Virus record (IMG/VR): IMGVR_UViG_3300042453_001086
Location: 64,001 to 128,000 of that record
Length of the DNA: 64,000 nucleotides
Reading direction: 5' to 3' (one strand)
DNA from: a virus
Numbering within the stretch: position 1 is the first letter of the stretch; the number at the start of each line of letters is the position of its first letter. The notes under the pieces were generated by a model, which was not told the DNA's origin, made no database searches, and saw only the letters and a list, made by a program, of their open reading frames with translations. Both the position numbers and the translations under genes were made by a program. This document shows, piece by piece, positions 60,003 to 64,000 of the stretch.

Positions 60003-61103
60003 CTATTCTAGTTGAAAGTCAACACTGTCCTCATCTAAGAAGGGGCAAGTGTCTTGTTTGGGATTCTGAAATCTTTGAGCCCACTTAAGACGTTCTGTTC
60101 CAACGTCCTGATTATATTTAACAGTCATTGTACCAAAAAAGTTATTAGTTGTTATCGGACTAATATCAACGTTTGTTGTGGTCTGAAAGTAGAAATAGTA
60201 TCTCAAACTACCTATCTCAGAAGGTTTATACTGTAAAATACTTGTAGCACCTTTGATAAACTGTTCTATTATAGGAGCATCAATCTTACTCGCTAACCCA
60301 ATATTTGGTTGGTAGAATAAATCAGGAGTCCAATTTCTAAATGGAATCCAGTTAAATGGAGTTAACTCTAAAGGAGGAATAGCATATGTTAATGGATTCT
60401 GAAAATATGCACCAAAAGCATCAAGCTTGATTCTAAATGGGCCCCATTGAGTAATCCACTCACGATCAAAGAAGTTTCTCTCCGTAAAGTAACCTTGTAC
60501 TTTATAAGTAAAACTTTCTCCAGCAGTATCTTCTGGAGTTGAAAAACTAGGTTGACTGATAGATGTATAATCACCCAAAGGATTTGATGCAGTTAATGAT
60601 ACTATAGGACTGGCACCATATACATGTGGTTCTTGTAATGCACCAATCCTCCAAATAGGTAATCCCAACGGATTTAACTTCAATCCTTTTAGTTTAGGAT
60701 TGCCTGCTTGCCAATCTACTTGCAACTTACCATCTGTAGGTAACGGAGATTCAAACTCACAACATAACAAACGACACCGTACCCCAGTTATAACTGGTAC
60801 TCCATTGGGTCCGTATAACTGCGCCGCCGCTAACCAATCCAGCTCATCAACTTCAAATGTAATCGGCACAGTAAATATATCGTAGGTACTGACATACGGT
60901 TGAATAGGATTGTCGGAGTACTTCCTGTTTTCAATCAACTTCCTAGGATTCAGAAGGTTCGGACGCATCTGAAACTGCGGAACATTAAAAAATGGCAGAG
61001 GAAAGTCAGGTGGTTGATAACCAGGAGGGATTCTACCTGCTAACGAAAAATCGGCAAATGGATACGCTGTATTGTAGTTAGTTATTGGACTGACTGTTAC
61101 CAT
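60003..61103 (-). CDS. Pro-rich hypothetical protein (366 aa)
   Basis: Long clean ORF adjacent to the PAAR gene; no recognised family. Confidence 0.6.
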   Translation of the reverse strand: MVTVSPITNYNTAYPFADFSLAGRIPPGYQPPDFPLPFFNVPQFQMRPNLLNPRKLIENRKYSDNPIQPYVSTYDIFTVPITFEVDELDWLAAAQLYGPNGVPVITGVRCRLLCCEFESPLPTDGKLQVDWQAGNPKLKGLKLNPLGLPIWRIGALQEPHVYGASPIVSLTASNPLGDYTSISQPSFSTPEDTAGESFTYKVQGYFTERNFFDREWITQWGPFRIKLDAFGAYFQNPLTYAIPPLELTPFNWIPFRNWTPDLFYQPNIGLASKIDAPIIEQFIKGATSILQYKPSEIGSLRYYFYFQTTTNVDISPITTNNFFGTMTVKYNQDVGTERLKWAQRFQNPKQDTCPFLDEDSVDFQLE

Positions 61104-61269
61104 CTTTGAGTTTCTCTACTTCGTGATACAGATTATCCAAAGCCTCGTTAAGCTTAGAATACTCCTCTTTGCCTGGTTCTTTATAGTAAATCACGAAAGG
61201 ATCTGGAATCTTGCTGATTCGATTCTCCAAAACTCTCAAACGAGTTTTGATATCCTCGATATCATTCAT
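61078..61269 (-). CDS. Small hypothetical protein (63 aa; start trimmed to MNDIEDIK)
   Basis: ATG at 61269 overlaps the end of the upstream gene; the longer track start would overlap it by over 100 nt. Confidence 0.55.
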   Translation of the reverse strand: MNDIEDIKTRLRVLENRISKIPDPFVIYYKEPGKEEYSKLNEALDNLYHEVEKLKDGNSQSNN

Positions 61270-61558
61270 TACCATCTGAATCTTCTGATCCGTCGTCAAC
61301 CAACTCTGTGAGAAGGGTTTCAAGTTCTGTGTTGTCATCTTGCTTAAAACTCGCTTGATCTTGATAAAGAATCTTACCTGTATTATCAAAAGTCGTCATT
61401 TCAACAGTAGTGTCTGGATCGACTAATCCTTGATAATATTTGTCGGCTTGCTCCATCATGAAGTCTGCGAGGGAATCAAAGTCATCAAACATTTTATTGT
61501 CAATGACTTGACCATCTTTACCAATCAAACGGTATCCGAGTACACTATCTTCACTCAT
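61262..61558 (-). CDS. Small acidic hypothetical protein (98 aa; start trimmed to MSEDSV)
   Basis: ATG coupled to the upstream stop (AATGAGTGA). Confidence 0.55.
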   Translation of the reverse strand: MSEDSVLGYRLIGKDGQVIDNKMFDDFDSLADFMMEQADKYYQGLVDPDTTVEMTTFDNTGKILYQDQASFKQDDNTELETLLTELVDDGSEDSDGNE

Positions 61559-61745
61559 TTTCTTCTCCATCAAAAAACTCATCGACACGCTCAAGTAAGA
61601 CCGTGCCATCTTTGTTCATGTGCCATTCTATCACATCACCCTCTTCCCAACCAACATGCCCTAAAAGCTCGTCAGGAATGGTGAGGTAGTATTCACCAAA
61701 ATCTTCGTTATATTCTACGGTAGATTCGTATACGTTTGCAGTCAT
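61551..61745 (-). CDS. AbrB/MazE/SpoVT-like DNA-binding protein (64 aa)
   Basis: YYLTIPDELL..VGW.EGD.IEW.M..DG.VLL swapped-hairpin signature. Confidence 0.7.
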   Translation of the reverse strand: MTANVYESTVEYNEDFGEYYLTIPDELLGHVGWEEGDVIEWHMNKDGTVLLERVDEFFDGEENE

Positions 61746-61775
61746 TGTTATATAATCAGTTTACATTATATATCA

Positions 61776-61943
61776 CTATTGAACCCAGTAAATGTCTTGG
61801 GGCAAAACTCTATTGCTTATGTGATGCATCACTGATGGAAAAACGGTGGAGCTGAACGATATCGTTACAACTCTACCGTGAGTGCTGTGGCATTCTATCT
61901 TTCCTTCGTGTCTGTATATTACCACAGCTCTAAGTCCTTCCAT
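61776..61943 (-). CDS. Small hypothetical protein (55 aa), not in ORF track
   Basis: TGATG coupling to the upstream ORF; MEGLRAVVIYRHEGKIECHSTHGRVVTISFSSTVFPSVMHHISNRVLPQDIYWVQ; fills the gap. Confidence 0.5.
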   Translation of the reverse strand: MEGLRAVVIYRHEGKIECHSTHGRVVTISFSSTVFPSVMHHISNRVLPQDIYWVQ

Positions 61944-62380
61944 CAACAGTCTTCACTACGAACGTCAAAGAAGATAAACAAACTAACGCTCTTCTTGCGA
62001 CATTCACGAGGAATAGCACCAGGAGTATTAATCACAGTCGGTGGAACGACCACAGGAGCGCCGCTGGCACCCTGAAAGAACGAGGGGGGTTGATATTGTA
62101 CAGTACTCTGATATTGTGCAACTTTCTGTTCTTTTTTGTATACACCAATCGAAGACTGCTCAATCCAACTCAGACTAGTCGCTTTACCTGCAGATACTTC
62201 GGCATTATAAAGATTACGAAGATATCCTTCACCAGGAGAGATTTTGTATGTACCACCGTTCTTATCGGTGACTACACCTCCTCTCGGTCTGGAGGCTACT
62301 TCGTATCCAGGATAGAGACCTGCAGCAAAACTTGCAGATGGCAGAAGCGCCAAACTCAAAAGTACTGGGAGTGTTTTCAT
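61943..62380 (-). CDS. Hypothetical protein with predicted signal peptide (145 aa)
   Basis: MKTLPVLLSLALLPSASFA-AG: basic N-region, hydrophobic core, AxA cleavage site. Confidence 0.65.
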   Translation of the reverse strand: MKTLPVLLSLALLPSASFAAGLYPGYEVASRPRGGVVTDKNGGTYKISPGEGYLRNLYNAEVSAGKATSLSWIEQSSIGVYKKEQKVAQYQSTVQYQPPSFFQGASGAPVVVPPTVINTPGAIPRECRKKSVSLFIFFDVRSEDC

Positions 62381-62382
62381 GA

Positions 62383-62535
62383 TTAAATCGGGTTGTCGTT
62401 TTCTGGTTGAATCTTAGCACGGGACGTGCGGGTTGTCAAGATCTTAACGAGTTCTTTCAAAGTCATCCAAATGTATGAGAGTTCCTCTGCTTTTGTCGTT
62501 TGAGTCGTTAGAGTCCTGTGAGGTTTTTTGAGCAT
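62383..62535 (-). CDS. Small hypothetical protein (50 aa), not in ORF track
   Basis: MLKKPHRTLTTQTTKAEELSYIWMTLKELVKILTTRTSRAKIQPENDNPI; stops 2 nt before the next ATG. Confidence 0.5.
   Translation of the reverse strand: MLKKPHRTLTTQTTKAEELSYIWMTLKELVKILTTRTSRAKIQPENDNPI
62411..62439 (-). promoter_or_regulatory. Canonical sigma70-type promoter
   Basis: TTGACA (62439-62434), 17-nt spacer, TG-extended -10 TAAGAT (62416-62411), about 30 nt upstream of ORF 61943..62380. Confidence 0.8.
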
Positions 62536-62679
62536 TTTTGTTGGAGAAAAAATTTTAAAATGAAAGCGTAATCACTCTCGCGTTTTCAAAGTTTTGTAGG
62601 TTTATAGTATCTATGGGTTTTCGCTCGGCCGCGCCCGTCGCACGGGCGTCGCACCGTTGGACTGTCCTCAGGTGCGACT

Positions 62680-62927
62680 GTGCTAGGATGGTGGGTCATG
62701 CAGTCGCCGCGGCCAGTGCCTTGCGAACCACGGCGGACATGCCAGGGCTGATGGTGCTGCGCCCCTTGCTGCCATGGGTCGGCAAGATCACATCAGTCTG
62801 CCAGGCGGGGTGATTCCAGATCTGATGCGATGCTGTCGTGCGCTTGAGCACAGCGCCGCTCGCTCTCAGATCTCGCTCTGCTTGCTTCCACTTGAGGGGT
62901 GATGGCATGGTGCTAGGATGATGGGTC
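62680..62927. repeat. 18-bp direct repeat pair bracketing hicA
   Basis: gtgctaggatgGtgggtc (62680-62697) and gtgctaggatgAtgggtc (62910-62927), 17/18 identical, 230 bp apart. Confidence 0.85.
62696..62908 (-). CDS. hicA: HicA-family (YcfA-like) mRNA interferase toxin (70 aa; start trimmed to MPSPLK)
   Basis: KWKQAERDLRASGAVLKRTTASHQIWNHPAWQTDVILPTHGSKGRSTISPGMSAVVRKAL fits the HicA L...G....R..(G/A)SH.I..HP....V..P.H.....I..G....I.K pattern, including the catalytic His. Confidence 0.75.
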   Translation of the reverse strand: MPSPLKWKQAERDLRASGAVLKRTTASHQIWNHPAWQTDVILPTHGSKGRSTISPGMSAVVRKALAAATA

Positions 62928-62960
62928 GTCTGCAGGGGGTGCCCCCGTAGGGGGGGGGGG

Positions 62961-63158
62961 TCAGTGCTCAAACGTGGGGATCTTGGCGATTGCCTCATCA
63001 TGATGGGTCTCGGCGTACTGGGCGGCGAGCACAGAGGCGGGCAGTCCCCAGTGGATGAACTGAGAGGGGCGGCTGCCGTTCTTCAGTTGATCCGCCCTGC
63101 TGATCCATTTGATCTGGCGGGTCTCAAGGTCAGAGCACTGGGCGAGGGGGAAGCGCAT
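62961..63158 (-). CDS. Early-region hypothetical protein (65 aa)
   Basis: Follows promoter cassette 1; MRFPLAQCSDL...RPSQFIHWG. Confidence 0.65.
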   Translation of the reverse strand: MRFPLAQCSDLETRQIKWISRADQLKNGSRPSQFIHWGLPASVLAAQYAETHHDEAIAKIPTFEH

Positions 63159-63204
63159 GGTAGGGGGGGGGTGTTGATTGATCTTAGTCTACAGGGTCAG
63201 CGCC

Positions 63205-63357
63205 TCAGCGCCCATCCCAGCAGACAGTCGCCCAACCGTCCCGCTCCATACGGCGGCGGTCGAAGTCGTCGGCATCCCAGCGGTCGTCGAAGTCCATGTC
63301 GAAGATCTCGCCAGGGGCGTCTTGAATCTCGGTGAAGCAGGTGTCGAAGTCGGTCAT
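63205..63357 (-). CDS. Acidic mini-protein (50 aa), not in ORF track
   Basis: MTDFDTCFTEIQDAPGEIFDMDFDDRWDADDFDRRRMERDGWATVCWDGR, directly after promoter cassette 2. Confidence 0.65.
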   Translation of the reverse strand: MTDFDTCFTEIQDAPGEIFDMDFDDRWDADDFDRRRMERDGWATVCWDGR

Positions 63358-63400
63358 GGGTCGTTTCGTTTGATTGATCTTAGTCTACAGGGTCAGGGGG

Positions 63401-63550
63401 TCAGCGGCAGTCAGTCTCGGACACTTGGCACATTGTCACAGCGAGGCGGTCGGCGTGTGCCTTGGTGATCTGCAGACCAGCAGAGAGGGCGTTGCCACCA
63501 ACCCAGAGGCAGAGGGCGAGAGTGCCGAGGGGGAAGATCAGGCGGGTCAT
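63401..63550 (-). CDS. Mini-protein with N-terminal hydrophobic segment (49 aa), not in ORF track
   Basis: MTRLIFPLGTLALCLWVGGNALSAGLQITKAHADRLAVTMCQVSETDCR, directly after promoter cassette 3. Confidence 0.6.
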   Translation of the reverse strand: MTRLIFPLGTLALCLWVGGNALSAGLQITKAHADRLAVTMCQVSETDCR

Positions 63551-63627
63551 GGTCGGTTCGTTTCGATGCTGTTAGTCTACAGGGTCAGGGGTGGCGTTGA
63601 CGGTCGCCGCGGCCACCCTGCTGACTG

Positions 63628-63819
63628 TCACATCACATAGAGACCGTGGGCAGCATAGAGAGCGGGATAGTTGGTGCGCCAGTTGGCGAGGCGAGCCACC
63701 AGGGTCTCATCATCGGCACGGTGGTGAAGATCGATCAACCACTGGGGGGTGCTACCATGCTCTGCCTTGAACATGGCGAGCAGGGAAGCGATGGCACGGA
63801 TGCGAGCGGTAGCGGTCAT
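63628..63819 (-). CDS. Early-region hypothetical protein (63 aa)
   Basis: Directly after promoter cassette 4 (leader CAAACGAAACGACCC-ATG). Confidence 0.65.
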   Translation of the reverse strand: MTATARIRAIASLLAMFKAEHGSTPQWLIDLHHRADDETLVARLANWRTNYPALYAAHGLYVM

Positions 63820-63860
63820 GGGTCGTTTCGTTTGGTTGATGCTGTTAGTCTACAGGGTGC

Positions 63861-64000
63861 TCAGTTGCACCAGGCGGCAAGGTGTGCCACTTCGCCAGCC
63901 GTCTCCTCTAAGGTCGCCTCGGTCAGACCAGCCAGGCAGGCTTCCAGATCATCGGGGTCGATGCGGTCGATGTCACCATTGATCTCCCATGCCTGTGCCT
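63861..64000 (-). CDS. Partial early-region hypothetical protein (3' end only)
   Basis: ...AQAWEINGDIDRIDPDDLEACLAGLTEATLEETAGEVAHLAAWCN*; the stop abuts promoter cassette 4. Confidence 0.55.
   Translation of the reverse strand, partial: AQAWEINGDIDRIDPDDLEACLAGLTEATLEETAGEVAHLAAWCN

Larger units (their letters stand above)
63174..63905 (-). promoter_or_regulatory. Four-copy early promoter cassette: bipartite upstream box + CCCTG-TAGACT -10 + short leader
   Basis: Exact 14-mer ttagtctacagggt at 63184, 63380, 63572 and 63845; -10 TAGACT on the minus strand; each copy sits just upstream of a mini-ORF ATG; upstream G(T/G/A)GAC(A/G)-N9-(G/C)TG(T/G)C box lies 30-32 nt away. Confidence 0.8.

Noticed and set aside
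1125-61684. Numerous + strand ORFs of 60-184 aa in the ORF track
   Set aside because: All are antisense shadows of long, well-supported minus-strand genes, with low-complexity translations and no family motifs or promoters.
63174-63858. Four regularly spaced repeats as a CRISPR array
   Set aside because: The spacers are 170-260 bp and encode ORFs, the repeats carry a -10 box, and there are no cas genes. They are promoter cassettes.
62613-63982. GC-rich + strand ORFs and the long 101-aa start for hicA
   Set aside because: They conflict with the minus-strand promoter-leader-ATG units. The extended hicA start overlaps the upstream gene and crosses the poly-G tract.
62620-64000. GC-rich end as host DNA or prophage attachment junction
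   Set aside because: No recognisable host genes or integrase; the gene orientation and mini-ORF/promoter layout fit a phage early region. A chimeric assembly cannot be fully excluded without reads.
1-64000. tRNA, rRNA, intron, homing endonuclease or intein
   Set aside because: No cloverleaf or T-loop motifs, LAGLIDADG/HNH/GIY-YIG motifs or intein termini were recognised by eye; tRNAscan-SE and Infernal were not run.

Overview
64 kb fragment of a T4-like myovirus genome, most likely a cyanomyovirus (Kyanoviridae-like). The host is inferred from gene order, gene variants and promoter motifs; no photosynthesis genes are in the window. All credible genes are on the minus strand. In transcription order (right to left): (1) a GC-rich (about 63-65% in sampled lines) early region at 62.6-64 kb, made of repeated promoter + mini-ORF cassettes and an orphan HicA-like toxin gene bracketed by 18-bp direct repeats; (2) a sharp AT/GC junction with hairpins; (3) small conserved ORFs and a PAAR (gp5.4-like) gene; (4) baseplate gp25, gp6, gp7, gp8 and a VrlC/DUF4815-like giant; (5) about 32 kb of fibre/accessory virion genes, including a 3032-aa tandem-repeat protein with an AT-rich reelin-like insert; (6) neck/tail completion gp13, gp14, gp15, terminase small subunit gp16 and downstream ORFs. 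T4 late promoters (TATAAATA) and intrinsic terminators punctuate the structural module. No tRNA, rRNA, CRISPR array, integrase, transposase or intron was recognised. Family assignments are from motif recognition by eye, not database searches.
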